From positions 3,492 to 67,491 of the forward strand of contig CANFOZ010000003.1 in NCBI GenBank assembly GCA_947448795.1: a DNA stretch of 64,000 nt, given 5' to 3'. Every line of letters begins with the position of its first letter. The first letter of the stretch is position 1. Of this stretch, positions 30,112 through 44,700 are shown piece after piece. The position numbers and the translations under genes were made by a program. The DNA is from Bacteroidota bacterium. Lineage in GTDB: Bacteria > Bacteroidota > Bacteroidia > AKYH767-A > JAHEYN01. Below the pieces are notes generated by a model that did not search any database, had not been told where the DNA came from, and was given only the letters and a program-made list of their open reading frames with translations.

Positions 30112-30905
30112 AGATACGTTTTGCAAAATACCAAGGTACGGGCAACGATTTTATTTTGATCGATGACCGAACACGGCTATTCAGCGCCACCCAAGAAGAA
30201 ATTGCTAAACTCTGTCATCGCCGCATGGGCATTGGTGCCGATGGCCTCATCCTACTCCGCGCTCACCCAAGTGCTGACTTTGAAATGATCTATTTCAATT
30301 CGGACGGGCGCGAGGGCTCCCTTTGCGGAAACGGTGGACGCTGCATCACTGCATTCGCTGCTGAGCTTGGAATAATTACTACCAAAGCCCAATTTATGGC
30401 TTTCGATGGACCGCACGAGGCTGAAGTTCTGCGCGCCAATCGCAAAGCAGGTAGGTATCAAATTAACTTAAAGATGCAGGATGTGACAAGCACAGAACCC
30501 ATCGATGGAACCTGCTTTATCGATACTGGATCGCCCCACTTCGTGCTTGTGAAAGACAACATCGAAAGCATCGATGTTTTTAAGGAAGGCAGCGCGATAC
30601 GATATAGCGAATCCTTCAAAAAGCAAGGAACCAATGTTGATTTTATTTGCAAAAATGCCAAAGGAATAGCGATGCGCGTATATGAACGAGGCGTTGAAGA
30701 AGAAACCTATTCCTCAGGAACAGGAGCTGTTGCATGCGCAATCACCGCCGCTCTTTTAGGATGGACCAAGTCACCTTGTGCTATTGAAACGAAAGGAGGA
30801 GTGCTTATGGTAGATTATCAAAAAGAGGGCTTGCTGTTTACAAACATCTGGCTCAACGGTCCTGCTACAAAATCCTTTGACGGTATCCTTTCAATTAATC
30901 ACTAA
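30108..30905 (+). CDS. dapF: diaminopimelate epimerase
   Basis: [21 protein letters not shown] N-terminus and active-site Cys motif CGNGGRC. 265 aa. Confidence 0.9.
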   Translation: [265 protein letters not shown]

Positions 30906-30910
30906 AGAAC

Positions 30911-31444
30911 ATGGAGCTCGAAACCAAACGCATCCGACTGCGCGCCCTTGAGCCAAATGATCTTGAGCTCTTGTTCCAATGGGAAAATAACATGTCCATT
31001 TGGGAATCAAGCAATACCATCACCCCTTTCTCCAAAGATCTTCTTGAGCAGTACCTAGGCCAAGCGCATCAAGACATCTATACCAACAAGCAGCTTCGCT
31101 TGATCATCGAAAGAAAGGATGATAGGCGCCCACTTGGCACTATTGACTTATTCGATTTCGAACCGCGTCATCGACGCGCCGGAGTTGGCATTTTGATAGC
31201 TGATGAACAAGACCGCAAACAAGGCTTTGCCAAAGAAGCGCTAGCTATTTTGAAGGACTATGCTATAAACGTCCTTGGCTTGCATCAATTGCATGCGCAT
31301 ATATCGGAAGATAATACCGAGAGCTTAGGGCTTTTTTTAAACGCAGGCTTCATCGTTATCGGCACAAAAAAAGACTGGCTGCAAACGGGAGTCACTTGGA
31401 AATCGCAGCTTTTTTTGCAATTCATCCCTAACGTGCATGCCTAA
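30911..31444 (+). CDS. GNAT-family N-acetyltransferase (RimJ/RimL-like)
   Basis: 177 aa, acetyl-CoA binding region RRAGVGILIADEQDRKQGFAKEAL. Confidence 0.7.
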   Translation: MELETKRIRLRALEPNDLELLFQWENNMSIWESSNTITPFSKDLLEQYLGQAHQDIYTNKQLRLIIERKDDRRPLGTIDLFDFEPRHRRAGVGILIADEQDRKQGFAKEALAILKDYAINVLGLHQLHAHISEDNTESLGLFLNAGFIVIGTKKDWLQTGVTWKSQLFLQFIPNVHA

Positions 31445-33440
31445 GCCGCATACCCTTTTGGCGCTTAGCACAATTCTCGCACTCGTTGCGTGCACGGCCT
31501 ATTTTTGCAATAGCCCGGCGAACGAAGAGCCAAGCTATCTGAATTTAAACGACACGGTAAAATATGTTGGGATGGAGAACTGCAAACAATGCCATGCAGA
31601 TATCTACCGAACATTTATTGAAACAGGCATGGGCAAAAGCTTCGACCTTGCTACGCATCAAAAAAGTTCAGCACGGTTTGACCATACGGTTGTGCACGAC
31701 ACGCTTTTGAATTTTAGCTACTATCCATATTGGGAGAAAGACAGTTTGAAAATCATGGAATTTCGTTTGAAGGGAAAAGACACCGCGTATAAACGAATAG
31801 AAACAGTGCGTTACATCATCGGGTCGGGCCAACATACCAACTCGCACCTGATTGAAAAAAACGGATTCCTCTTTCAAGCGCCGCTAACCTATTATACACA
31901 AAAAGGCACCTGGGACCTGCCACCAGGCTTTGAAAACGGAGCTAGCTCGCGCTTTAGCCGACTCATCGGCATCGAATGCATGAGTTGTCACAACAGTCTA
32001 CCCGGCTTTGTTGCTGGCTCAGAAAACAAATACGACACAGTGCCTCTAGGTATAGGTTGTGAACGCTGCCACGGCCCGGGTGAGATTCACGTAAAAGAAA
32101 AACGCGCTGGACGAGTTGTGGATATTACACAAACCATTGATAGAACGATTGTCAATCCTGCAAAACTTTCCCCCGACCTTCAGTTCGACGTTTGTTCTCG
32201 CTGCCACCTGCAAGGCAATGCGGTTCTAAAAGATGGAAAAACCTTCACTGATTTTAGGCCCGGCATGCAACTCAGCGCTGTCATGGATGTGTTTATGCCC
32301 AAGTATAGCGGCGATGACAAAAACTTTATCATGGCCTCGCATGTGGAGCGTTTGAAGATGAGCAAATGCTTCCTTCGATCAAAAGAAAAAGGCGATGCAT
32401 CAAAATCCAAGAACGATCTCTTTCCCTACAAATCGGTACTAACCTGCGTGAGCTGCCACAACCCGCATATTAGCGTCAAGCAGACAGGCGTTGAGCAATA
32501 CAACACCGCTTGCAGAAATTGTCACAGTGCGAAGGAGAAACAATGCTCCGCCCCAACAACAGCAAGAAACGAGCAGCAGGACAACTGCACGGGCTGTCAC
32601 ATGCCTAGGTCGGGCACAACCGACATACCGCATGTGATATCCACTGATCATTACATTCGTAAGCCAGAAAAAAATCAGGTGAGCGAGGCGGTGAAACGTT
32701 TTTTAGGCATTCGCTGCATCAACGAAAGCCAAGTCGAAAATAAATACATCGCCCAGGGCTATCTGCAGTATTACGAGAAGTTCAAGAAAGACCCTGCCAT
32801 GCTTGATTCGGCCAGTTTTTATTTAGCTAAAGAGCCAGATCATTCCAAGAATTTCTCAGCATGGTTGCATTTGTATTTCATTCAAGGCCGTTGGCAAGAA
32901 CTTATTCAGCTCCATGAAAAAACACTAAGGGCCGGCAGTCAGGATGCCTATTTCAAGAAAATAGATAAAACAACCGCCTTAGCCTGGGACGCTTACCGCA
33001 TCGGTGAAGCCTATTATAACCTCGGAAAACTAGAGCAAGCTCTGCCCTACTTTGACATGGCAGTTCGCCTTTCCCCATACAACTTTGAGTTTAGGAACAA
33101 ACAAGGCGCGACGCTACTAGCCCAAGGAAAATACGCCGAAGCAAAACGCGTTTTTCAAGAACTTATAAATAAAAACGCGGATTATCCACCAGCATGGAGT
33201 AACTTAGGGTATGCTGTATTGCTGCTCAATCACGACGACAAGCAAGCTGAAATAATGTATGACAAAGCACTATCCTTATCACCCGATTACAAACAAGCGC
33301 TGCTAAACAAAGTCGGACTCTTTATCTATCGTCAAGACCTCGCATCGGCTCGTAAAGTATTAAACGAAATGCTACACAGCGATCCCAACAACCAAGAAGC
33401 AAAAGCGCTTCTCCAAAAAATAAGCGGCTTCAAGTTATGA
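31437..33440 (+). CDS. multihaem c-type cytochrome (7 CxxCH) fused to C-terminal TPR repeats
   Basis: Signal/anchor sequence. Seven CxxCH motifs (CKQCH, CMSCH, CERCH, CSRCH, CVSCH, CRNCH, CTGCH) in the first ~400 aa. TPR-like repeats (AWDAYRIGEAYYNLGKLEQAL..., AWSNLGYAVLLL...) in the last ~250 aa. Confidence 0.75.
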   Translation: MPKPHTLLALSTILALVACTAYFCNSPANEEPSYLNLNDTVKYVGMENCKQCHADIYRTFIETGMGKSFDLATHQKSSARFDHTVVHDTLLNFSYYPYWEKDSLKIMEFRLKGKDTAYKRIETVRYIIGSGQHTNSHLIEKNGFLFQAPLTYYTQKGTWDLPPGFENGASSRFSRLIGIECMSCHNSLPGFVAGSENKYDTVPLGIGCERCHGPGEIHVKEKRAGRVVDITQTIDRTIVNPAKLSPDLQFDVCSRCHLQGNAVLKDGKTFTDFRPGMQLSAVMDVFMPKYSGDDKNFIMASHVERLKMSKCFLRSKEKGDASKSKNDLFPYKSVLTCVSCHNPHISVKQTGVEQYNTACRNCHSAKEKQCSAPTTARNEQQDNCTGCHMPRSGTTDIPHVISTDHYIRKPEKNQVSEAVKRFLGIRCINESQVENKYIAQGYLQYYEKFKKDPAMLDSASFYLAKEPDHSKNFSAWLHLYFIQGRWQELIQLHEKTLRAGSQDAYFKKIDKTTALAWDAYRIGEAYYNLGKLEQALPYFDMAVRLSPYNFEFRNKQGATLLAQGKYAEAKRVFQELINKNADYPPAWSNLGYAVLLLNHDDKQAEIMYDKALSLSPDYKQALLNKVGLFIYRQDLASARKVLNEMLHSDPNNQEAKALLQKISGFKL

Positions 33441-34468
33441 AAAAATTCCTTATTGGGTTCTTTGTTATTCTTTTCATCGCCGCACTAGCAGCGGGATTTG
33501 CGGCCTTTCAGTTATTCGAAAAGCCCAATGTTATCACCAATGGAAAAGCCCAAGCCTTCCTCTATATTCATACTGGCGCAGCCTTGCAAGATGTACAAAC
33601 ATCGTTGCAACATCACGGCTATCTTCGACATCCGAACACCTTTGCTTTGGCTGCTCGACTCATGCATTATGAAGCAGCTATAAAGCCTGGCAAATACAAA
33701 CTTCAGCAAGGCATGAACAACCGCGCCCTGATTAATTTGTTGCGCTCGGGTCAACAAACACCGGTTAAAATCAGTCTTGAAAACATTAGAACTAAGCAAC
33801 AATTAATTGCGAGGATACACAATGCCTTGGAAGCAGACTCCCTTTCTTTGCAGGCGTTGCTTGCCGACTCCAACTTTTTAAAACAATCCGACCATACGCC
33901 CTCGAATGTAATGTCCATTTTTATCAACGGTGTCTATGAGTTTCAGTGGAACACCAACGCTGAGCAGTTCATGCATCGCATGGAACAAGAATATCAACAC
34001 TTTTGGAACGCAGAACGAAAACAAGCGGCCGAGAGAATGGGCATGAAGCCCTCTGAAGTAACGATAATCGCATCCATCGTTCAGTTAGAGACAGGCAAAG
34101 ACGACGAGCGCAGCACCATCGCTGGTGTATACCTTAATCGCTATCGCAAAAACTGGAAGTTAGAAGCCGATCCAACCTTGGTCTTTGCTACTGGTGATTT
34201 TACGGCACGACGCATTCTTAACGAACATAAAGCCGTTGACTCGCCCTACAACACCTACAAAATTGTTGGCCTACCACCAGGCCCAATCTGTATTCCTGCG
34301 TGCAAGACCTTAGACGCAGTGCTTGAGAACAAGAAGCATAACTTCATGTTTTTCTGCGCAAAAGAAGATTTCTCAGGTTATCATAACTTTGCAGTCAATT
34401 ATTCGGAACAACTGAAGAATGCCAGAAGGTTCCATCAAGCTTTAAATAAAAGAAATATAAAATCATAA
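33437..34468 (+). CDS. mltG: endolytic murein transglycosylase MltG (YceG family)
   Basis: N-terminal TM anchor and conserved YNTYKIVGLPPGPICIP motif. 343 aa. Confidence 0.85.
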   Translation: MKKFLIGFFVILFIAALAAGFAAFQLFEKPNVITNGKAQAFLYIHTGAALQDVQTSLQHHGYLRHPNTFALAARLMHYEAAIKPGKYKLQQGMNNRALINLLRSGQQTPVKISLENIRTKQQLIARIHNALEADSLSLQALLADSNFLKQSDHTPSNVMSIFINGVYEFQWNTNAEQFMHRMEQEYQHFWNAERKQAAERMGMKPSEVTIIASIVQLETGKDDERSTIAGVYLNRYRKNWKLEADPTLVFATGDFTARRILNEHKAVDSPYNTYKIVGLPPGPICIPACKTLDAVLENKKHNFMFFCAKEDFSGYHNFAVNYSEQLKNARRFHQALNKRNIKS

Positions 34469-34471
34469 AAC

Positions 34472-35878
34472 ATGAGTGATATAAAATTCGGAACAGACGG
34501 ATGGCGAGCCATCATCGCAAAAGACTTTACGGTAGAAAATGTAGAACGCGTTGCACATGCAACAGCACTGTGGCTAAAGAGTAAGCACAAACAACCAAGT
34601 GTTACAATAGGTCACGACTGTCGTTTTGCAGGAGAACTTTTTGCAGAAACCGTTGTTAAAGTAATGGGGAAGCACGGTATTAAATCGTACCTCTCCAAAG
34701 ACTTTGTATCAACACCGATGATTTCTTTGGGCACTGTTAATTTAAAAACCGACCTGGGCATCATTATCACCGCAAGCCACAATCCACCATCCTACAACGG
34801 CTTTAAACTGAAAGGGAGTTATGGCGGACCGCTATTACCAAACATGGTCGCAGAAATTGAAGAGCTGATTCCCACCAAGAGCGCTATTGATACCGAATCC
34901 ATCTCTTTAAAAGAATTGCTTGACCAAAAACTAATTGAATACGTCGACTTGGAAACCATGTATGTAAAACATGTGGAAGCCAACTTCGACCTCGATGTGA
35001 TTAGAAATTCGAACATCCGCTTAGCCTACGACGCGATGTACGGCGCTGGCCAAAATGTAGTGAAACGAATTCTGCCGGACATCACGTTTTTGCACTGCGA
35101 TTACAATCCCTCTTTTATGGGTCAGGCGCCTGAACCCATCCACAAAAACCTGACTGAATTTTCTAACCTTATTAAGAAGTCGGGCAACATCGATTGCGGT
35201 CTTGTTACCGATGGAGATGCCGATCGTATTGGCTTATACGACAGCAAAGGCAATTTCGTAGACTCCCACCACATCATTTTGCTCCTTATCCACTACTTGC
35301 ACAAGTACAAAGGATATTCAGGCAAAATATGTACGGCCTTTTCATCCACCAATAAAATCGCAACACTCTGTAAGATATACGGATTACCGCTTGATGTGGT
35401 AAAAATTGGTTTTAAATACATCTGCGAAATCATGCTGGTTGAAGATGTCCTTGTTGGTGGCGAAGAATCAGGCGGTATAGCGATCAAAGGCCACATCCCT
35501 GAGCGTGACGGCATCTGGGTTGGTCTCACCCTTTTTGAATTCATGGCAAAATCGGGCAAGACGCTTGAAGAGCTTATTCAAGAGATTTATGACCTCGTTG
35601 GCACCTTCGCCTTCGAACGCAACGACCTCCATCTTTCAGAAGAATTAAAAAACAAGATTATTGCCAACTGCAAAAGCGGATCCTATAAAAGCTTCGGATC
35701 CTATGCAATTGATCGACTGGATGATCTAGATGGCTTTAAATTCTATTTCGCAAACGGAGATTGGCTGATGATTAGAGCTTCGGGCACAGAGCCGATTTTA
35801 AGAACCTATGCCGAGTCTTCGACTAAGGAGCAGGCATTTGCTATTTTAGAAGCCGCAAAGGCTACGCTCTTAGCTTGA
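34472..35878 (+). CDS. phosphoglucomutase/phosphomannomutase family protein (alpha-D-phosphohexomutase)
   Basis: Active-site Ser loop TASHNPPSYNG, metal-binding loop DGDADR, GEESGG sugar-binding loop. 468 aa. Confidence 0.85.
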   Translation: MSDIKFGTDGWRAIIAKDFTVENVERVAHATALWLKSKHKQPSVTIGHDCRFAGELFAETVVKVMGKHGIKSYLSKDFVSTPMISLGTVNLKTDLGIIITASHNPPSYNGFKLKGSYGGPLLPNMVAEIEELIPTKSAIDTESISLKELLDQKLIEYVDLETMYVKHVEANFDLDVIRNSNIRLAYDAMYGAGQNVVKRILPDITFLHCDYNPSFMGQAPEPIHKNLTEFSNLIKKSGNIDCGLVTDGDADRIGLYDSKGNFVDSHHIILLLIHYLHKYKGYSGKICTAFSSTNKIATLCKIYGLPLDVVKIGFKYICEIMLVEDVLVGGEESGGIAIKGHIPERDGIWVGLTLFEFMAKSGKTLEELIQEIYDLVGTFAFERNDLHLSEELKNKIIANCKSGSYKSFGSYAIDRLDDLDGFKFYFANGDWLMIRASGTEPILRTYAESSTKEQAFAILEAAKATLLA

Positions 35879-35885
35879 TTCGAAC

Positions 35886-36827
35886 ATGAAACAGCTTGTT
35901 ATCCTTCTGTTTTCTGTATGGATAACATCTATTGCATGGGCACAAGCACCAGTCCTCGATTCGAGTTTAGTAGATACTCCTATGAGGCAGTTGGACAAAA
36001 GAAAACTCTATTGGGTAAGCGGTGCTTGTGTTGGCACCTATTCGGCGAGTATGACAGGGCTTTACTCGCTTTGGTATAAAAATTATTCAGGCGGTCGATT
36101 TCATACCTTTAACGATAATACCGAGTGGTTGCAGATGGACAAAGCCGGACATGCCTTCAGTAGCTTTACCCTGAGTCGCATAGGTTACGAATCACTAGCT
36201 TGGACAGGACTATCAAAAACAAAGGCTGCCCTATGTGGAACTGGTAGCGCAATGGCCGTCATGCTTAGCATTGAGCTGTTTGACGGATACTCCAACCAGT
36301 GGGGTTTTTCGTATGGCGACATCGCTGCCAATACGGTTGGAGCAAGTAGTTTTCTGGTTCAAGAACTGCTCTGGAAAGAAACCCGGATTAAATACTGCTA
36401 TTCCTTCCATTCCACAGCGTATGCATCGATTAGGCCTGATTTGCTGGGTACCACCTTGACCGAGCAGATGCTCAAAGACTACAATGGCCAAACGATTTGG
36501 CTTTCAGGAAATATCCGAAGTTTTGCGCCCGCGCTCAATAAGCTACCTAAATGGATTAATTTAGCGATTGGCTATGGCGCCGACGGAATGGTAGGTGGAG
36601 AAGACAATCTTTTTACAGATAACAATAATGAACTTGTTGACTATTCGAATACGTATCCTAGAAAAAGAGAGTTCTATCTTTCCTTGGATGCTGATTTGAC
36701 AAAAATAAAAATGAAGCCAGGCCTATTGAAAACGCTGTTCGGTGCTATCGGAATTATAAAAATACCTGCACCTGCTTTGGAGATGAGCCAACAAGGTCGA
36801 TTTAAATTTCACCCGCTTTATTTTTAA
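35886..36827 (+). CDS. hypothetical secreted protein (DUF2279-like)
   Basis: Signal peptide MKQLVILLFSVWITSIAWAQ. 313 aa. The family assignment is from memory of Bacteroidetes DUF2279 lipoprotein-like proteins and is uncertain. Confidence 0.45.
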   Translation: MKQLVILLFSVWITSIAWAQAPVLDSSLVDTPMRQLDKRKLYWVSGACVGTYSASMTGLYSLWYKNYSGGRFHTFNDNTEWLQMDKAGHAFSSFTLSRIGYESLAWTGLSKTKAALCGTGSAMAVMLSIELFDGYSNQWGFSYGDIAANTVGASSFLVQELLWKETRIKYCYSFHSTAYASIRPDLLGTTLTEQMLKDYNGQTIWLSGNIRSFAPALNKLPKWINLAIGYGADGMVGGEDNLFTDNNNELVDYSNTYPRKREFYLSLDADLTKIKMKPGLLKTLFGAIGIIKIPAPALEMSQQGRFKFHPLYF

Positions 36828-36831
36828 ACCC

Positions 36832-37410
36832 ATGAAAGTCGGAGATATCGTAAAGTTTTTAAACGAAGAGGGCGATGGTGTTGTTACTAAGATCATCAAC
36901 AAAAAGCGCGTCGTCATTGATTTCGGTAATGGTATGGAGATCCCTGTGATGACCGATGAACTCATTCTTATAAGCAGTATTGAGCCAGAAGAAGAGGAAG
37001 AAGAAGAAATCAAAGATGAAGCACCACAAGAAGAAGAAGTTGATCTTAGTGTTTTGAAGAACTTTGACTTTACAGCTAAAAAAACCAATACGCGTGAGAA
37101 TATTGATATTCATGCCTTCGCAAAGTCGCTTAGCCCAACGGAGGTAGATCTGCACATCGAGAAACTAACCGATAACTTTGTTGGACTAAGCAATAGCGAG
37201 ATCATGCTTATTCAATTAAGCTACTTTGAATCGTATATGGACCAAGGCTTACGAGGCCAACACCGCACGCTAATTTTTATTCATGGCATAGGCAACGGCG
37301 TTTTAAGAAAAGAGATCCGCAGTCGATTAAAAAGCTATCGCTCCATTCAAGTTTCAGATGGCGATATGCGTAAGTATGGATTTGGAGCGACAGCCGTTTC
37401 GTTCCAATAA
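36832..37410 (+). CDS. Smr (small MutS-related) domain protein
   Basis: C-terminal Smr motif VDLHIEKL...LIFIHGIGNGVLRKEIRSRL. Acidic E-rich linker. Confidence 0.7.
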   Translation: MKVGDIVKFLNEEGDGVVTKIINKKRVVIDFGNGMEIPVMTDELILISSIEPEEEEEEEIKDEAPQEEEVDLSVLKNFDFTAKKTNTRENIDIHAFAKSLSPTEVDLHIEKLTDNFVGLSNSEIMLIQLSYFESYMDQGLRGQHRTLIFIHGIGNGVLRKEIRSRLKSYRSIQVSDGDMRKYGFGATAVSFQ

Positions 37411-37448
37411 AAAAGGCACTACGGTTGTAGCGCCTTTTTATATAGGGT
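37411..37448. terminator. bidirectional terminator hairpin between the convergent Smr and collagen-like genes
   Basis: AAAAAGGCACTACGG-TTGT-AGCGCCTTTTT, an imperfect stem flanked by A- and T-runs on both strands. Confidence 0.55.
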
Positions 37449-37455
37449 ATTGAAA

Positions 37456-40146
<2,691 letters not shown>

Positions 40147-40248
40147 GATAGAAATATAATAATCGAATTAAAAATTCACGGTTTATTAGGCAAATCTAAT
40201 ATTAATTTTGAAAAGAAACAAAAATGCAATAAACTGAGCCTTAATTTC

Positions 40249-41793
<1,545 letters not shown>

Positions 41794-44700
41794 TCACCGA
41801 ATAAGGGATATTGTGCCCTTGCGTTCTATATGATGTTGGTTGGTTCCGCTCATACTTAGTAGATACACATAAACGCCAACTGGCGCATCTTGACCATCAA
41901 CCGTTCCATCCCACCCCGCCTTTGGGTCGCGTGATTCAAAAATGGCTTCCCCCCATCGATTAAAAACTACAAAATGATAGCTTTCGAGCTCAACAAAGGC
42001 ATTTATAGGAAAGAACACAGGGTTCTTACCACCTGGAGAGAATGCATTTGGGGTATATAAACGAGGGCCTTGCACGGTACAGGCAATATTTGACAAACTG
42101 GTATCTGCAAAGCCGTATACATTTAGTGATTGATCTTCAACCGCCTTTACATAGTAACAGAAATTGCCGTCCTCAGTTATGAAAGCGGAGATATCATCCG
42201 TGTAGGAGTTTGTGCCTGCCATTACTTCTGACACAGGCGAGGTGTCCCAACTGTTGCCATAATTTCGGAAAATCGCATATTTTTGAACACCTCCTGACCA
42301 ATCCTCATAATCGCTCCAATAGATTGTGTTTGTTAGGTCATCGTTGCTCTTTGCTTGGAGCAGGATCGTTTTGCCGTAATTATCCGAAAGATGGCGTTCG
42401 TTGCAAATATCAACTGCTGATACCTTGTAAAAATAACTGCGCAGTGAAGTATCCACCGAATCAAAAACAGAAATTAATGGAGAACCCGTTGACGGGGCTG
42501 TAGCAATGGTATCGTAAGGCCCCGCCAAGGCGATAGAGCGCATGATTTTATAGGCCGTAACATCGGCTGCAGTATCCACATGACAATCCACCCGCACCTT
42601 CATGTCTCCTTCAACCGTAGCCGTTCGGACATATAAAAAACGAGGCAGCTGTATAACATAGGCCACCAATGTTGCGAGCTGTGAACTGGATGTTTCGCTG
42701 CCGGTGTTGGACACGGCTCGAACCGTGTACACATAGGTAGAGCTAACATTTATTGGGGAGTGAAAGAAGGTGGTGCCTGTTGTGCTACCTACAAAAAACT
42801 CAGGACCACCATTTTCGCTTGCATAAATAGAATATAACTGAACACCTGATGACCAATTTATGTATGCATTCCAACTGAGCTGCGCCCCTTGCAGGCAGGT
42901 ATTGAGTCCGGCATTAAGTCGTATGGTACGATGCACTAAGCCGAAGGGACTGTTGTTGCTGCAAGAATCGTAGGCCACCACTCTAAAGGAATCGATTTTG
43001 GCAGATGTAAAAGTGGTCGTATAAAAGGTGTTTGTGCGTCCAAACACGGTGTCGAGATAGGAATTCGTGAGCCCTACCGAATGATAGATGATGTATCCTC
43101 GCGTATCCAAATCGGGACTCACTTCCCAACCGATGTGCATTCGATTTGTTAAAGGATCTACAGTTACGCTATCCACTATTGGTATACTGGGTGGGGTGTT
43201 ATCAAAAAAAACATCACTATCCACTGAAGACACACTTGTGCATGGCATCGAATCGTTCAGTTCGATTCGATAAAACACCGTATCCTGACACTTGAAAATT
43301 GGGTCGAGATAGCTTGTGCTTATGGTAGAATCTATCAATGTCCATGTGCCTGAATTGACTTTTCGGAAGATGTGATACAAGCCATCCGAGCTTGGCAAAG
43401 CGGGGTTATGCAAGGCATTCCAACTCAATGCGGCAGCACCAGTGCCCGGGTTGCTGACATTTAATTGTATTGCATGTAAAGTATCCGTTGGATACGATTC
43501 AACCTTCCCGTAACATCCTGAGCGCGTTCGAATAAAATAGTATCGCGGCTGAATACTTGCGTTGGCCCCAACATGTGTCCAGGAGTTTGTTGCCAGGTTC
43601 GTTACACTGCTGTCCAATCGCGTAAAAGGACCGGCAGAACTAGTTGCTGAATAGATCATGTAATCGCCGAAAGTACCTGCGGGATCTGCGCCTGGTATCC
43701 AAGAAAGCTGCACATCGCCATTGGGTAAAACAGAAGCGCAACGCAGGTCTGGGCTCTCCGCCAAAGGGAGTCCCAACACATTAATCGTAAACGTGCTTAT
43801 ACTTAAGGCAGGCGCCGGGCAATAATCGTCTTTCGCAATAACAACGAAAGTATATCGATTGTTGGTGACTGGATTTAAGCATGGCCCAACTCCCTGATTT
43901 CCGTAATTGAGATGGTTGCATGATGTTTCCCAATGAAAATAAAGTGAGTCGTGCAGTTGTGTAACGGGAAAAGGCGCTGGCGACAAGGTTGCACAAGGCG
44001 GATTAAGGCAACCACCGGCTGGGTTCGTGAAATTAGGATCAAACTGCTGACCTGTTGCGGAGAAGGATAGATATTGATGAAAGGCACCGCTTGGATCCCA
44101 TCCCGAATCAATCGCGAGCAGTTTAAAATCGAGCACAGTACCAGCAATGACGGTAGTGTCGTATGCAGTTGCGTTAGCGAATGGCGGGTAAAAAAGTGGC
44201 GGCTCGTTCGATCCACACGGAATAAGGATGACTTGAATGTCGCGAAAAACTTCGGCCACCAATTGGCCGCATTTAAAGGCGCTTACTTTGATAACCGTAA
44301 CAAAGTTGCCCGTGGTGAACGAAGTAAAGGACACTTGTCCAGACAAAGGATCCAATACCGCAGGCACATTTGCCGGGTTCAATACAGGACCAGGAAATGG
44401 ACTTGAAACCGAATAGCCAGATGCGGTGTTGATTGGAAAAGGTTGAGCCAAGGGATAGGACGCCCCGGTATAATCTGTCAAAGGTTGTGACCATGAAAAT
44501 GACAAGGAATCTAACTCATCGTCGGAAGCGTTGTGGTTGTATTGAAAAGGATAGCCTGCGCATATTGCGATGGCTGGTCTTTCGGCAAAGGCAGGCGATG
44601 AATCGAAGCAGGGATTAGTGTTCTGGCCGTTATACGGATACATGATTGCGCGCAGCGTAATGCCGCGCGTAGCAGGGTTGTTCAGATTTTGTATGGCTGC

